Shown one piece after another: positions 34,397 to 46,559 of a stretch of 60,739 bases of DNA (positions within the stretch are counted from its first letter, which is position 1; every line of letters begins with the position of its first letter). Source of the DNA: Oxalobacter formigenes. GTDB taxonomy: Bacteria; Pseudomonadota; Gammaproteobacteria; Burkholderiales; Burkholderiaceae_D. A model generated the notes under the pieces. The model was given only the letters and a program-made list of their open reading frames with translations, did no database searches and was not told the origin of the DNA. The DNA lies in contig JAHYZB010000048.1 of NCBI GenBank assembly GCA_019424645.1, positions 10,390 through 71,128 on the forward strand, written 5' to 3'. The position numbers and the translations under genes are program-made.

Positions 34397-34966
34397 ATGA
34401 CAGAATCGATCAATGCAAAAGCCCTGGATATTCTGAAAAATTCCGAGCAGATTTTTTCACCCGAACAAATTCAGAAAGCGATAACTGACGTCGCTTCAAG
34501 ACTGAATCATGACTTCGATATTCCGGATGTCAAAACGCCTCCTCTGGTATTGAGCATCATGGGAGGAGCGGCTATTTTCACAGGCCAGCTATTACCTCAT
34601 TTGAGTTTCCCGCTTGAATTCGATTTCATACACGTTTCCCGCTACGGTAATGAAGAATATGGTGGCGAATTCATCTGGAAAGTCATTCCCAGACAAAATG
34701 TTATCAACAGAACCGTCATCGTTTTGGATGACATTCTGGATGAAGGACAGACCCTGCTGCATGTTCGTGACAAACTGGTGGATATGGGAGCTGCGAAGGT
34801 GGTTATCGCGATCTTTGCAGACAAGCAGACCGGCGCGACAAAACCGATCCGGGCTGACTATGTCGGTCTGGAGGTGCCTAACCAGTTTGTTATCGGATTT
34901 GGAATGGACATAGGCGGTTTCTGGCGCAATCTGCCCGATATCCGCGTCCTGACAAAGGAATTGTAA
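34397..34966 (+). CDS. hpt: Hypoxanthine-guanine phosphoribosyltransferase
   Basis: VLDDILDEGQT PRPP motif, FVIGFGMD. Confidence 0.9.
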   Translation: MTESINAKALDILKNSEQIFSPEQIQKAITDVASRLNHDFDIPDVKTPPLVLSIMGGAAIFTGQLLPHLSFPLEFDFIHVSRYGNEEYGGEFIWKVIPRQNVINRTVIVLDDILDEGQTLLHVRDKLVDMGAAKVVIAIFADKQTGATKPIRADYVGLEVPNQFVIGFGMDIGGFWRNLPDIRVLTKEL

Positions 34967-35013
34967 TCAGTTTTATGTCAAGATCACTAAAAAATTATCA
35001 AAATGACAACTAT

Positions 35014-35901
35014 TTAATGAGATGGCCTTATTTTATGAATCAATCCATCCAGAATATCAAGATTGGCAAAATCGATGACAAGCTGCCCACGTCCTTTGGA
35101 ACCGAGACGGAAGCTGACTTTGGTTGCCAACAAGTCTGACAGCTCTTCTTCCAGTTGTACCAGATCGGACGATTTTTCCTGAACGGCTTTTTTGGCGAAA
35201 TTTCTGTTATTCAATTCCTGTGCTACCAGCTTTTCAGCTTCCCGAACCGACATTCTTTTTGCAACGATCTGGGTTGCCAGGGCAATCTGGGTTGCTCCAT
35301 CCACTGCCAGCAATGCACGGGCATGTCCCATATCGATATCTCCGGCCACAAGCATTGTCTGGACAGGACGCGTCAGGTTCAGAAGGCGCAAAAGATTCGA
35401 GACAGCACTTCTTGAACGACCAACTGCCGAGGCGGCCTGTTCATGGGTAAACTCGAAATCCGTGACAAGACGATGAATACCCTGTGCTTCTTCAAGTGGA
35501 TTCAGGTCTTCGCGTTGCATGTTTTCGATCAGCGCCATTGCGGCAGCTGTCTGATCATCGACGTCTTTCACGATGACCGGCATATCGGACAAACCGGCTA
35601 TCTGCGCGGCACGATAACGGCGCTCACCGGCAATGATTTCATATACTGTATTATTTCCATTACCGGAAACAGGTCTGACAAGAATCGGCTGCATAACCCC
35701 CTGTTCGCGTATGGATTGGGCCAGCTCATTCAAGGCTCCCTCATCCATACGGTTACGCGGCTGGTATTTGCCAGCCTGCAACTGGGTGATTGGCAAACTC
35801 GATACCGTCGACGGGTCGGCTGAAAAATCCGGCGCAGATCCAAGTAATACTTCAAGTCCACGTCCCAAACCTTTTTTCTTTTTCGTAGTCGTTTCACTCA
35901 T
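35014..35901 (-). CDS. parB: Chromosome partitioning protein ParB
   Basis: KKGLGRGL, YQPR, IIAGERRYRA, ENMQREDL. Confidence 0.96.
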   Translation of the reverse strand: MSETTTKKKKGLGRGLEVLLGSAPDFSADPSTVSSLPITQLQAGKYQPRNRMDEGALNELAQSIREQGVMQPILVRPVSGNGNNTVYEIIAGERRYRAAQIAGLSDMPVIVKDVDDQTAAAMALIENMQREDLNPLEEAQGIHRLVTDFEFTHEQAASAVGRSRSAVSNLLRLLNLTRPVQTMLVAGDIDMGHARALLAVDGATQIALATQIVAKRMSVREAEKLVAQELNNRNFAKKAVQEKSSDLVQLEEELSDLLATKVSFRLGSKGRGQLVIDFANLDILDGLIHKIRPSH

Positions 35902-35931
35902 TTTTATCGCCCGTATCCTTATTTAAAAAGT

Positions 35932-36705
35932 TCAGTTCCGGTCTTTCAGCCATCCCAGCATTTCTTCAGCGAAGGAGAGGTAGGCCTGTGCTCCCCTTGA
36001 AGATGGGTCGAAATCAATACCCGGCAGACCATATGAAGGCGCCTCCGCCAAACGGATATTTCTGGGAATTACCGTTTTAAAGACTCTGTCCCCAAAATGT
36101 TTTTCGAGTTGTTCGGACACATGCTGGGATAGTGTAGCCCGTTTGTCGAACATGACTCTCAATAAACCGATTATTTTCAGATTACGGTTCATGTTGGCAT
36201 GAACCTGCTTGATCGTATTGACCAGATCGGACAAACCTTCCAGAGCATAATATTCGCATTGCATTGGAATTATCACGCCATTTGCCGAGCAAAACGCATT
36301 AAGGGTCAAAAGGGACAAGGCTGGAGGACAATCGATCAGAATGTAATCGTATCTATCCTGAATGATATCCAGCGCTTCTTTAAGACGTTTTTCCCGGCGA
36401 TCTATATCAACCATTTCGACTTCAGCGCCCGCAAGGTCACGGTTCGACGGGAGCAAGTCATAATTACCTGTAGAAGAACGTACACAGGCTGATTCGATAT
36501 TGTCGAGACCCAGAAGCACCTGATAGACGGATGTTTCCAGTTCTGATTTCTGAATGCCACTTCCCATCGTTGCATTGCCTTGCGGGTCGAGATCGACCAG
36601 AAGCACTTTCTGATCCAATCGCGCAAGACCGGCTGCCAGATTGACTGTGGTCGTCGTTTTTCCGACTCCACCCTTCTGATTGGCGATGCAAAATATTGTG
36701 GCCAT
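35932..36705 (-). CDS. parA: Chromosome partitioning ATPase ParA
   Basis: NQKGGVGKTTT, DLDPQGN, DCPP. Confidence 0.96.
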   Translation of the reverse strand: MATIFCIANQKGGVGKTTTTVNLAAGLARLDQKVLLVDLDPQGNATMGSGIQKSELETSVYQVLLGLDNIESACVRSSTGNYDLLPSNRDLAGAEVEMVDIDRREKRLKEALDIIQDRYDYILIDCPPALSLLTLNAFCSANGVIIPMQCEYYALEGLSDLVNTIKQVHANMNRNLKIIGLLRVMFDKRATLSQHVSEQLEKHFGDRVFKTVIPRNIRLAEAPSYGLPGIDFDPSSRGAQAYLSFAEEMLGWLKDRN

Positions 36706-36757
36706 AGCTATGCTCTATAAAAAGACAATGATCGATGCATGCTGATACTTCCGGCAA

Positions 36758-37420
36758 TTATTTCTTTTTATCGATAAAAAGAAGATGACGTTGTGCATCA
36801 AGCTGCGGTACTTTTAATGCTTCAATACGTTTTACAATCCAGCCAGATTCAAGGTTACTGATTTCATCCTCCGGAATCAATCCTTTCATGGCATAAAAAA
36901 GACCGTTTTCCGATAACAAATGAGAGGACAGACCGACAAAGTCGTTCAAACTGGCGAAAGCGCGTGAAATAATCCCGTCAAAAGGCTCTTCAACTTCCAG
37001 TTCTTCAACACGTCCTGTATAAACTGTTACATTATCCAAACCAAGTTCAATCTTTACCTGATTCAAAAATGCAGTTTTTTTATGAACAATGTCAATCATG
37101 GACACTTTCATTTCAGGATAGACAATTGACAGAACCAGACCCGGTAATCCCCCTCCTGAACCGACATCCAGCAGGTTCCTTGCTTTCGATAAATACGGAA
37201 CGACGGCAAGCGAATCCAGCAAATGATAAGTCAACATGGCTTGCGGGTTTCTGACAGCCGTTAAATTATAGGTAGAATTCCACTTGCCCAGCAAAACCAG
37301 ATAATCCATTAATTTTTTTACCTGATCATTAGCCAGCCTGGTATTCAAGGCAATAATGCCATCTATCAGATCAGTCCGGATTTCATCCCAATCAACCAGA
37401 TTTTTCTGTTTTTTCTGCAT
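36758..37420 (-). CDS. rsmG: 16S rRNA m7G527 methyltransferase
   Basis: WNSTYNLTA, HLLDSL, DVGSGGGLPG, SRAF. Confidence 0.96.
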   Translation of the reverse strand: MQKKQKNLVDWDEIRTDLIDGIIALNTRLANDQVKKLMDYLVLLGKWNSTYNLTAVRNPQAMLTYHLLDSLAVVPYLSKARNLLDVGSGGGLPGLVLSIVYPEMKVSMIDIVHKKTAFLNQVKIELGLDNVTVYTGRVEELEVEEPFDGIISRAFASLNDFVGLSSHLLSENGLFYAMKGLIPEDEISNLESGWIVKRIEALKVPQLDAQRHLLFIDKKK

Positions 37421-37427
37421 AAAACGA

Positions 37428-39347
37428 TTATGCCTCCAGTTCAGCGAAATCGATCAGACCCTGCTTCTTCAGGTAAATCAGCAATAATGAAATGGCTGCT
37501 GGAGTGACACCAGAAATGCGGGAAGCCTGTCCCAAGGTTTCAGGTTTTTGCTTGTCCAGTTTTTGTCTGACTTCTATCGACAATGCACTGACTTCTGTAT
37601 AATTCATGTCCTGTGGCAAACGCAGGTTTTCGTAATACTGTTGACGTCTGACTTCACGGGTTTGTCTTTCAATATAACCCGCGTATTTGATCTGAATTTC
37701 GACCTGTTCTTTTACCTTTTCATCCAGTTCTTCTTCAGCTACCCAGTTTTTTCCTTCTATCGAGGTCAGGCTCGCCAGTTTGTCATAATCCACATCAGGG
37801 CGTTTCATCAGATCCGCCAGCGAATATTCCCGTTCGATATCCTTGCCTATTACCCTTTCAGCCTCCCGGGAACTTAACGTGGAAGGATGAACCCAGGTCG
37901 ATTTCATTCGTTCGATTTCACGGGCAATTTTTTCACGCTTTTGCTCGAAATCGATCCACTGTTCCAATGGTACACAACCCAGCTTATAACCGATTTCAGT
38001 CAGGCGCATATCAGCATTATCTTCACGCAGACTCAATCTGTATTCTGCACGGCTTGTAAACATGCGATACGGCTCCTGAACACCTTGTGTGATCAGATCA
38101 TCAACCATAACGCCCATATATGCTTCACTGCGTTTAGGCACCCACGGTTCTTTCTCCTGGACATACAAAGAAGCATTAATTCCGGCCAGCAAACCTTGTG
38201 CTGCGGCTTCTTCGTACCCTGTTGTTCCGTTTATCTGTCCGGCAAAGAAAAGTCCCTTGATTTGGCGTGTTTCCAGTGACGATTTCAGACAACGGGGATC
38301 ATAGAAATCATATTCGATCGCATAACCTGGCCTCAAAATATGGGCATCTTCCAGCCCGGGAATGGATCTTACAAGATCGATCTGTGTTTCAAAAGACAGG
38401 CTGGTTGAAATACCGTTCGGATAATATTCGTTCGTTTTCACTCCCTCAGGTTCCAGAAAAATCTGATGAGAATTTTTGTCCGAGAAACGATGAATCTTGT
38501 CTTCAATAGATGGACAATAACGCGGTCCCACCCCTTCAATAACCCCTGTAAACATCGGGCTCTTGTCCAGACCGGCCCGGATAATATCATGCGTTTTCGT
38601 ATTAGTATGCGTTATCCAGCATGGCAGTTGTTCCGGATGCATTGAAGCATTTCCACGCAAGGAAAAAACAGGTACAGGATCAAGATCACCCAGCTGTTTT
38701 TTCATCACTGAAAAATCAATGGTATTCCCGTCAATTCTCGGCGGAGTTCCTGTTTTCAATCGCCCCTGAGGTAAATTCAGTTCTTTCAGAGAATGAGATA
38801 AAGCCAGAGCAGGAACATCGCCAGCTCGTCCACCCGGATATGAATTCAGGCCGATAAAAATCTTCCCATCAATAAATGTACCCGCTGTCAGAACAACGGA
38901 AGTTCCTCTGAATTCAACACCACCTTGCGTTTTAACTCCAATAACTTTTTCGCCTTCCAGAATCAGATCATCGACTTGTTGTTGAAACAAAAGAAGGTTT
39001 TTCTGGTTTTCGATTTGGTAACGAATAGCCTGACGATAAATAACCCGATCAATCTGCGCACGAGTAGCCCTGACTGCAGGACCTTTGGAAGAATTCAGAA
39101 TTCTGAATTGAATCCCTGCCTCATCTGTTGCCAAGGCCATTACACCACCCATTGCATCCACTTCTTTAACAAGATGACTTTTACCAATCCCGCCAATAGA
39201 TGGATTACAGGACAATTGACCAAGGGTTTCAAAGTTATGGGTAACCAATAATGTTTTCATACCCATTCTTGCAGCAACCAGAGCGGCTTCCGTACCGGCA
39301 TGACCACCACCAACAACTATGACATCAAATTGAACTGAATAAAGCAT
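37428..39347 (-). CDS. mnmG: tRNA modification enzyme MnmG (GidA)
   Basis: [45 protein letters not shown]. Confidence 0.98.
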   Translation of the reverse strand: MLYSVQFDVIVVGGGHAGTEAALVAARMGMKTLLVTHNFETLGQLSCNPSIGGIGKSHLVKEVDAMGGVMALATDEAGIQFRILNSSKGPAVRATRAQIDRVIYRQAIRYQIENQKNLLLFQQQVDDLILEGEKVIGVKTQGGVEFRGTSVVLTAGTFIDGKIFIGLNSYPGGRAGDVPALALSHSLKELNLPQGRLKTGTPPRIDGNTIDFSVMKKQLGDLDPVPVFSLRGNASMHPEQLPCWITHTNTKTHDIIRAGLDKSPMFTGVIEGVGPRYCPSIEDKIHRFSDKNSHQIFLEPEGVKTNEYYPNGISTSLSFETQIDLVRSIPGLEDAHILRPGYAIEYDFYDPRCLKSSLETRQIKGLFFAGQINGTTGYEEAAAQGLLAGINASLYVQEKEPWVPKRSEAYMGVMVDDLITQGVQEPYRMFTSRAEYRLSLREDNADMRLTEIGYKLGCVPLEQWIDFEQKREKIAREIERMKSTWVHPSTLSSREAERVIGKDIEREYSLADLMKRPDVDYDKLASLTSIEGKNWVAEEELDEKVKEQVEIQIKYAGYIERQTREVRRQQYYENLRLPQDMNYTEVSALSIEVRQKLDKQKPETLGQASRISGVTPAAISLLLIYLKKQGLIDFAELEA

Positions 39348-39386
39348 AAGGTTTTTTACCAGCCGTTTTGAGCTGAAAAATTGAAA

Positions 39387-39402
39387 TGTTTCACGTGAAA
39401 CA
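39387..39402. promoter_or_regulatory. parS centromere-like site
   Basis: Perfect TGTTTCACGTGAAACA, extending to a 20-bp palindrome at 39385-39404. Confidence 0.93.
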
Positions 39403-39439
39403 TTAAAAAATGAAAGGAAATTCGAGAATAGGAAAAAAG

Positions 39440-39760
39440 GTATTTTAGATCGTTTTTCCTTTTAATCACAAATTGAAGAATTTTTAATTTTCTGAATGTT
39501 CAAAAAACCAACAAAAAGAGAATAAAATATGTTAACAAAATTGTTGATAAGTTGTGAGCCTTTTGGGAACAACCTTGCATAAAAAAAAGGCAGAAAAGAT
39601 ATACAAAATATATACTTCACTTATCCAGAAAGTTTAATTTATTTAACATATTGATTTTTAAAGAATTATAATACTTATTCACATAAATTTGGGACTCTAT
39701 TATTCCTATGTATATATATGAATAACTATTAAATAAATGCATTTCAGTGTCACCAACCTG
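39440..39760. other. Probable replication origin oriC
   Basis: Very AT-rich. DnaA-like boxes at 39542 (TGTTGATAA), 39621 (TTATCCAGA) and 39675 (TTATTCACA); exact IHF consensus at 39644-39656; TATTATTCCTATGTATATATAT tract; adjacent parS. Confidence 0.7.
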
Positions 39761-39839
39761 AACAATTTTAGCTTTAGTTGTTCATCTGATAGAATGATGC
39801 CTGTTCAACATGGCCTTTTAATTTGAGAAGACAAAACAA

Positions 39840-41129
39840 ATGAATTCGCAAGATCAAAAAAAAGAGCTGCTTAAAAAAAATGCACTCGCCTTCCATCGTT
39901 TCCCAATTCCGGGAAAAATCAGTGTTACTCCAACCAAAGAAGTCAGAGACCAGAATGAACTGGCACTCGCCTATACTCCCGGTGTAGCCTGCGCCTGTGA
40001 AGAAATTCACGCTGACCCCGAAAATGCCTATATTTACACAACCAAGGGAAATCTGGTTGCCGTCATTTCAAACGGAACGGCCGTTCTGGGTCTGGGTAAT
40101 ATTGGTGCACAAGCTTCCAAGCCAGTTATGGAAGGCAAAGGGGTCTTGTTCAAAAAATTCGCTGACATCAACGTTTTCGATCTGGAAGTCAACGAACTGG
40201 ATCCGGACAAACTGTGCGATATCATCGCCTCTCTGGAACCCACTTTCGGTGGTATCAATCTGGAAGACATTCGTGCTCCTGAATGCTTCTATATTGAAAG
40301 AAAACTGCGTGAAAAAATGAATATCCCTGTTTTCCACGACGATCAGCATGGTACGGCTGTTATCGTCGGAGCAGCTGTTCTGAACGCCCTGAAAGTCGTC
40401 GGCAAAGATATCAAGAATTGCAAAATGGTTGTGTCAGGTGCCGGTGCCGGTGCTTTGGGTTGTCTGGAACTGTTGGTCGATTTGGGATTTCCTGTCGAAA
40501 ATATCTGGGTTACCGACATCAAGGGTGTGGTCTATAAAGGCCGCAAGGAACTGATGGATCCGGAAAAAGAAAAATATGCTCAGGATACAGATGCACGTAC
40601 CTTGATGGACGTAATTTCTGATGCAGATATTTTCCTTGGATTGTCCGCAGGCAATGTTTTGAAACCGGAAATGGTATTGAAAATGGCAAAAGATCCTATT
40701 ATTTTCGCTATGGCCAATCCAATTCCTGAAATTCTGCCGGAAGTCGCCCACGCTACCCGTGACGATGTCATCATGGGGACGGGACGTTCCGATTATCCGA
40801 ACCAGATCAACAATTCCATGTGTTTCCCTTATCTTTTCAGAGGAGCTCTGGATTGCCGCGCAAAAACAATCAACCGTGAAATGGAACTCGCAGCCGTTCG
40901 TGCCATTGCAAGTCTTGCTGAAATGGAATGTCCGGATGAAATCGTGGCAATGTATGGCAAAAAATATACCTTTGGCCGTGATTATCTGTTGCCATTCCAG
41001 TTCGATCCACGTCTGTTATGGGTTGTTGCTCCTGCTGTGGCTCAGGCAGCTATGGATTCCGGTGTGGCACGCGCACCAATCGCTGATATGGATGCATATC
41101 GGGCAAAACTGAAAGAATTCGTGGGGTAA
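39840..41129 (+). CDS. Malic enzyme (short form, no PTA domain)
   Basis: [40 protein letters not shown]; 429 aa. Confidence 0.93.
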   Translation: MNSQDQKKELLKKNALAFHRFPIPGKISVTPTKEVRDQNELALAYTPGVACACEEIHADPENAYIYTTKGNLVAVISNGTAVLGLGNIGAQASKPVMEGKGVLFKKFADINVFDLEVNELDPDKLCDIIASLEPTFGGINLEDIRAPECFYIERKLREKMNIPVFHDDQHGTAVIVGAAVLNALKVVGKDIKNCKMVVSGAGAGALGCLELLVDLGFPVENIWVTDIKGVVYKGRKELMDPEKEKYAQDTDARTLMDVISDADIFLGLSAGNVLKPEMVLKMAKDPIIFAMANPIPEILPEVAHATRDDVIMGTGRSDYPNQINNSMCFPYLFRGALDCRAKTINREMELAAVRAIASLAEMECPDEIVAMYGKKYTFGRDYLLPFQFDPRLLWVVAPAVAQAAMDSGVARAPIADMDAYRAKLKEFVG

Positions 41130-41140
41130 TTTCCGAAGAT

Positions 41141-41172
41141 AAAAAAACCGCGCATTTTGCGCGGTTTTTTTT
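41141..41172. terminator. Bidirectional terminator between the malic enzyme gene and pyrC
   Basis: AAAAAAACCGCGCA-TTT-TGCGCGGTTTTTTT. Confidence 0.88.
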
Positions 41173-42217
41173 ATTTCAATTGCCAGTTGAGAGTTTCTCC
41201 TGCCATAAGGGGTATAACCCTGTTCTCACCAAATGGCAAATCCTGCGGGATTGTCCATTCTTTCTTAACCAGTGTTATTTTATTCCGGTTAACGTTCTGG
41301 TTATAGAATTTGGGGCCATTGATGCTGGTAAACCATTCGATTTTTTCCAATGCACCGATTTCATCAAAAGCCTGAACGTAAAGTTCGATAGCATGCAAGG
41401 CGGTATAACAGCCGGCACATCCACAAGCGCTTTCTTTCGCGCCCTGTGCATGAGGTGCTGAATCCGTACCCATAAAGAAGCGTCTGTTTTCAGTTGAAAC
41501 AGCTTTTAACAGGGCTTGCCTGTTTTCTTCCCTCTTCAGGATAGGCAGGCAATAGTAATGTGGCCTTATACCGCCCTGAAAGAGGCTGTTACGGTTAAAA
41601 AGGAGGTGATGGGCAGTCACGGTAGCTCCGATGTATCCTTCGGCCTCTGCGACGTATTGTGCGGCCTCCCTGGTGGTTATATGTTCGAATACGATCTTCA
41701 AATCCGGCAGTTTTTTGCGGAGTGGAATCAGAACCTTGTCGATAAAAACGGCTTCCCTGTCAAAAATATCGATGGATGGGTCAGTCACTTCACCATGCAT
41801 CAGCAAGGGAATGCCCTGTTTCTGCATTTCCTCAAGCGTAACCATGCAGTTGTCGAGTGAGGTGACTCCTGCATCGGAATTGGTCGTCGCTCCTGCTGGG
41901 TACAGTTTGACGCCGTGAATGATTCCGCTTTCCTTTGCACGTTTGATATCTTCCGGGCTTGTGTTGTCCGTTAAATAAAGTGTCATGAGAGGTTCAAAAT
42001 CGCTACCGGAAGGCAATGCATCCAGAATTCTTTTACGATATTCAAGAGCCTGTTCCGTTGTCGTAACGGGTGGTTTGAGATTAGGCATGATGATGGCCCG
42101 ATGAAATTGCCGGGCAGCCTGTGGGACAGTTGATTTCAATACATCCCCATCTCTCAGATGAAGATGCCAGTCGTCTGGTTGAATGATCGTCAAGGTTTGC
42201 ATGTCTGATTCTGGCAT
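41171..42217 (-). CDS. pyrC: Dihydroorotase
   Basis: PDDWHLHLRDG, KLYPAGATTNS, GTDSAPH. Start at 42217 or 42202. Confidence 0.96.
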   Translation of the reverse strand: MPESDMQTLTIIQPDDWHLHLRDGDVLKSTVPQAARQFHRAIIMPNLKPPVTTTEQALEYRKRILDALPSGSDFEPLMTLYLTDNTSPEDIKRAKESGIIHGVKLYPAGATTNSDAGVTSLDNCMVTLEEMQKQGIPLLMHGEVTDPSIDIFDREAVFIDKVLIPLRKKLPDLKIVFEHITTREAAQYVAEAEGYIGATVTAHHLLFNRNSLFQGGIRPHYYCLPILKREENRQALLKAVSTENRRFFMGTDSAPHAQGAKESACGCAGCYTALHAIELYVQAFDEIGALEKIEWFTSINGPKFYNQNVNRNKITLVKKEWTIPQDLPFGENRVIPLMAGETLNWQLK

Positions 42218-42305
42218 AGTAAATAATAGGACTTGGCTCTTTGAATCTTTTATTTTATTGTATTTACTCCGGTTCATTCATCTTTTTTACAAGGTTTTCG
42301 TCAAA

Positions 42306-42845
42306 GTGAAAAATCGCATATCAAGAGTGGTTACCCGTTCCGGCGATCAGGGAACGACAGGTCTTGCCGATGGCAGCCGAGTGTCGAAGGACAGTGCCAG
42401 AATCGATGCCATCGGTCAGGTAGATGAGCTTAATTCAGTGATTGGTCTGGTCATCAGTGAAGGCTTGCCGGAAAAAATGAGGCAGGAACTTCAGGCCATT
42501 CAGAATGAATTGTTCAATATCGGTGGAGAACTGGCTGTGGTGAAAACATCATTGATGACAGAAGAAAAAGTTCTCGTTCTGGAAAAACTGGCTGAAGAAT
42601 ATAACAGGGACTTGCCTCCGCTTCGCGATTTCATCCTGCCCGGTGGAACGAAGGCAGCCGCCTTGTGTCATCTTGCCAGAAGCGTTTGCAGGCGCGCAGA
42701 GCGTGCCATTGTGGCACTGGGAAAACAGGAAGATGTATCTCCTGTTCTTTACCAGTACCTTAACCGCCTGTCAGACCTGTTTTTTATTTATGCACGCGTT
42801 GCCAACCAAATGGCAGATCAATCCGATATTTTCTGGAAAAAATAA
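42306..42845 (+). CDS. PduO-type cob(I)alamin adenosyltransferase
   Basis: TRSGDQGTT, GQVDELNS, RSVCRRAER, YLNRLSD; GTG start inferred. Confidence 0.92.
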   Translation: MKNRISRVVTRSGDQGTTGLADGSRVSKDSARIDAIGQVDELNSVIGLVISEGLPEKMRQELQAIQNELFNIGGELAVVKTSLMTEEKVLVLEKLAEEYNRDLPPLRDFILPGGTKAAALCHLARSVCRRAERAIVALGKQEDVSPVLYQYLNRLSDLFFIYARVANQMADQSDIFWKK

Positions 42846-42847
42846 GC

Positions 42848-43660
42848 TTATTGTTTTCGTTTGTCGAATTCGATACAGGCGTAGGCGGAATGATTGTGAA
42901 TCGATTCAAAGTTTTCCGCTTCCAGAGAATAGGCCAGTACACGTGAGTCGGCGTTCAACATACCGGCTACGTCACGAACCAGATCTTCAACGAATTTCGG
43001 GTTGTCGTAGGCATATTCAGTCACATATTTTTCATCAGGACGTTTCAACAGACCGAACAATTCACACGAAGCCTGAGCCTCGATTTTGGCAATCAGCTCT
43101 TCCACTGGCAAATCGTCCTTGATGATGGCGTTGACGGTAATGTGTGAACGCTGGTTGTGAGCTCCGTAAGCTGAAATTTCCTTGGAACATGGGCACAAAC
43201 TGGTAACAGGAACGAGCACTTTCTGGGAAATTTCAATCTGGCCGTTTTTCATTTCACCGATCAGACCCACTTCATAATCCATCAGGCTTTTGACACCTGA
43301 AACCGGGGCTGTCTTGGTAATGAAAAACGGAAAAGACAGTTCGATACGTCCGGATTCAGCATCAAGCAATTCCAGCATGTTGCTGATCAGCTTGCCGAAA
43401 ATATCGATATTCAGCGGTTTTGAATCAGAGCTCGTAAATTCTTCAAGCAGGGCCATGAAACGGGACATGTGCGTTCCCTTCTTCTGTTCGGGAAGGTGCA
43501 CAGTCATATTCCATGTACCGACGGAAGACTGGATGCCGTTTTTGGTCTGGATTTGAAGTGGATGGCGAACGCCTTTGACACCAACCCTTTGTATGGCTAT
43601 GTGTCTGGTATCCAGCGTATTTTGTACGTCTGGAATAGAAAAGTTGTCGTCTGCATTCAT
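42848..43660 (-). CDS. folE2: GTP cyclohydrolase FolE2
   Basis: [31 protein letters not shown]. Confidence 0.96.
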   Translation of the reverse strand: MNADDNFSIPDVQNTLDTRHIAIQRVGVKGVRHPLQIQTKNGIQSSVGTWNMTVHLPEQKKGTHMSRFMALLEEFTSSDSKPLNIDIFGKLISNMLELLDAESGRIELSFPFFITKTAPVSGVKSLMDYEVGLIGEMKNGQIEISQKVLVPVTSLCPCSKEISAYGAHNQRSHITVNAIIKDDLPVEELIAKIEAQASCELFGLLKRPDEKYVTEYAYDNPKFVEDLVRDVAGMLNADSRVLAYSLEAENFESIHNHSAYACIEFDKRKQ

Positions 43661-43806
43661 TTTTGGTGCCGATGTACTGGTTATGGGTGTATGAATGTTT
43701 GAGCAGTCATCCCAGTTACATTCAAAAGAGTGAGAATCTCGGAAATTCATTATTAAACCTTAAAAAACGGCGATCGGTACAGGAAAGAAACAAAAAGGTT
43801 GATGAT

Positions 43807-45666
43807 TTACTCTTTACCCGAGTCGTCAATCTTTCCGAAACGTTCGACAATGGATGCAATGATGCCATGTTTATCCAATTTGTGCATGGCAAGCAATTGT
43901 CCCACATCACCGTGATCGATGAATTTGTCTGGCAGTCCCAATAGTAGTACCGGGTGGGTCAGTTTTTCTTCTGCAAGTGTTTCCATGACGGCAGAGCCTG
44001 CACCGCCGTGAATGGTTCCCTCTTCAACCGTGACCAGATAGGGATGGGTTTTCGCCATTTCGCAAAGCAATTCCCTGTCGATCGGCTTGACGAAACGCAT
44101 ATTGACGACAGTTGCATCCAGTTCTTCACCAGCAGACAGAGCCGGAGTGACCATGGTACCGAAAGCCAGAATAGCGATATTCTTTCCCTTGCGAAGGATT
44201 TCCCCCTTGCCAAGCGGGAGTGCAGACAATTCTTTTTCAGGCTGGACGCCGATTCCGGCACCACGGGGATAACGTACTGCAGCGGGACCATTATGAAGAT
44301 AAGCTGTCGTCAGCATCTGGCGGGCTTCATTTTCACTGGATGGAGCCATGACAACCATATTCGGGATGCAACGAAGATAGGCCATATCGTAATTGCCCGC
44401 GTGGGTTGCACCGTCAGCACCGACAAGGCCTGAACGATCCAGCGCAAATGTCACATCCAGGTTTTGCAGGGCGACATCATGAATCAGCTGGTCATATGCC
44501 CTTTGCAGGAAAGTGGAATAGATGGCCACGACAGGTTTCAGACCTTCACAGGCCAGTCCTGCGGCGAAAGTAACGGCATGTTGTTCAGCGATACCTACAT
44601 CAAAAAAGCGGTCAGGATAATCTTTTGCGAACTGAACCATTCCCGAGCCTTCTTTCATGGCCGGGGTAATGCCGATCAGTTTTTCATCTTCGGCGGCCAT
44701 ATCGCATAACCAGTTGCCGAATATATCGGCATAGGTGGGTTTGGTAACTACAGCCGGTTTGATCCCTTCTTCAGGACAGAATTTGCCCAGACCGTGATAC
44801 AGAATGGGATCGGCCTCGGCCAGTTTGTAGCCATGACCTTTTTTTGTCACGATATGCAGGAACTGGGGTCCTTTTCTTTCCTTGAGATTTTGTAGGGTGG
44901 GAACCAGCGCTTCCAGATCATGGCCGTCAATTGGCCCGATGTAATTGAAGCCGAATTCCTCGAACAGGGTTGTCGGAGCGATCATGCTCTTGGCGTGTTC
45001 CTCGAATTTTCGGGCGATATGTCTCATTGGAGCAGGTAAAACCGTCTTGCCGACGTTTTTCGCGGCTGCATAGAATTTGCCGGACATTAACCGTGCGAAG
45101 TAACTATTTAAAGCACCGACAGGTGGGGAAATGGACATGTCGTTATCGTTCAGGATAACCAGCATATTGATGTCGTCATAAACACCAACGTTATTCATGG
45201 CTTCAAAAGCCATTCCACCCGTAATGGCCCCATCTCCGATAACGGCGATGGAATAGGTATCTTCCCCTTTCAGTTTTGCAGCCAGTGCCATTCCCAATGC
45301 GGCAGAAATGGATGTCGAGGAATGGGCTGTGCCGAAAGAATCGAATTCGCTTTCATCCCGTTTGGGAAATCCCGAAAGACCGTTTAACTGGCGAAGCGTA
45401 TTCATCTGGTCTTTGCGACCTGTCAGGATTTTGTGGGCATAACTCTGATGACCCACGTCCCAGATCAGTCTGTCGTTTGGTGTATCGAAAATGTAATGGA
45501 GAGCGATAGCCAGTTCGACTGTCCCCAGATTGGAGGATAAATGTCCTCCCGTTCTGGAAACGGATTGAATGATGTAATCCCGCAATTCATCAGCCAGAAT
45601 CGGTAATTGCAATGCTGGCAGCCGTTTGAGATCAGCAGGACTGTTAATCGTATTCAGCAGCTTCAT
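43807..45666 (-). CDS. dxs: 1-deoxy-D-xylulose-5-phosphate synthase
   Basis: [19 protein letters not shown]. Confidence 0.97.
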   Translation of the reverse strand: MKLLNTINSPADLKRLPALQLPILADELRDYIIQSVSRTGGHLSSNLGTVELAIALHYIFDTPNDRLIWDVGHQSYAHKILTGRKDQMNTLRQLNGLSGFPKRDESEFDSFGTAHSSTSISAALGMALAAKLKGEDTYSIAVIGDGAITGGMAFEAMNNVGVYDDINMLVILNDNDMSISPPVGALNSYFARLMSGKFYAAAKNVGKTVLPAPMRHIARKFEEHAKSMIAPTTLFEEFGFNYIGPIDGHDLEALVPTLQNLKERKGPQFLHIVTKKGHGYKLAEADPILYHGLGKFCPEEGIKPAVVTKPTYADIFGNWLCDMAAEDEKLIGITPAMKEGSGMVQFAKDYPDRFFDVGIAEQHAVTFAAGLACEGLKPVVAIYSTFLQRAYDQLIHDVALQNLDVTFALDRSGLVGADGATHAGNYDMAYLRCIPNMVVMAPSSENEARQMLTTAYLHNGPAAVRYPRGAGIGVQPEKELSALPLGKGEILRKGKNIAILAFGTMVTPALSAGEELDATVVNMRFVKPIDRELLCEMAKTHPYLVTVEEGTIHGGAGSAVMETLAEEKLTHPVLLLGLPDKFIDHGDVGQLLAMHKLDKHGIIASIVERFGKIDDSGKE

Positions 45667-46559
45667 TATTTCTTTCTGCGTACAACCAGATCGGCCAGTT
45701 GACGGAGATAATCCGCTTTTTCATCAAAAATGGAAAGCGCTGCATAAGCGTCATTCCGCAATTTTTCAGCCAGTTGCCGGGATTCTTCCAGTCCCATTAG
45801 TGAAACATAGGTAGGCTTGTTATCAGCGCTGTCTTTACCGGCTGTTTTGCCCAGATCGGCAGAATCTGCCGTAACATCCAGAATATCGTCGACAACCTGA
45901 AAAGCCAGTCCGATGGCCTTTGCATAAGCATTCAAGGCATTTTTTTCCTGTTCTGCCGGAATTTTCGAGCAACAGGCTCCGAGAAGAACGGAAGCGGTCA
46001 AGAGCGCCCCTGTTTTCAAGCGATGCATGTTTTCGAGTTCATTGACTGTCAGGGATTTGCCGACACTGGCCAGATCGATTGCCTGACCCCCACACATACC
46101 CTCTGCACCGGCAGCATGGGATAACAATCTCATCATTTCAACGGTCAAAACCGGGTCGCATTGCTGGTTTGACAAGACGACAAATGCCTGAGCCTGCAAG
46201 GCATCCCCTGCCAGCAGAGCCGTCGCTTCACCAAATTCGACATGAACGGTCGGTTTTCCCCTTCTTAACACGTCATTGTCCATACAGGGCATATCGTCGT
46301 GAACAAGCGAATAGGCATGAATCATTTCAACAGCTGCAGCTGCACGGGCAAGAGTAGACATTTCAGCGTCGAAAAGATTGCCTGTGGCAAAAACCAGTAA
46401 TGGGCGAATACGTTTTCCACCATCCAGTACAGCATATCGCATGGATTCATGCAGTGAAGAAGAAAAAAGTTTTCCTTTCGGTAACAGACTGGAAAGCGTT
46501 TCTTCCATCGTTGACTGGACGTTACGCATCCAATCGTCAAAACTGGCGGGTACGGTCAT
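45666..46559 (-). CDS. ispA: Farnesyl diphosphate synthase
   Basis: [27 protein letters not shown]; xseB-ispA-dxs synteny. Confidence 0.93.
   Translation of the reverse strand: MTVPASFDDWMRNVQSTMEETLSSLLPKGKLFSSSLHESMRYAVLDGGKRIRPLLVFATGNLFDAEMSTLARAAAAVEMIHAYSLVHDDMPCMDNDVLRRGKPTVHVEFGEATALLAGDALQAQAFVVLSNQQCDPVLTVEMMRLLSHAAGAEGMCGGQAIDLASVGKSLTVNELENMHRLKTGALLTASVLLGACCSKIPAEQEKNALNAYAKAIGLAFQVVDDILDVTADSADLGKTAGKDSADNKPTYVSLMGLEESRQLAEKLRNDAYAALSIFDEKADYLRQLADLVVRRKK

Noticed and set aside
43661..43750. Apparent N-terminal extensions on FolE2 (also TrpC, PyrC, PduO, integrase)
   Set aside because: Artefacts of longest-ORF start choice; conserved domains begin at downstream starts.
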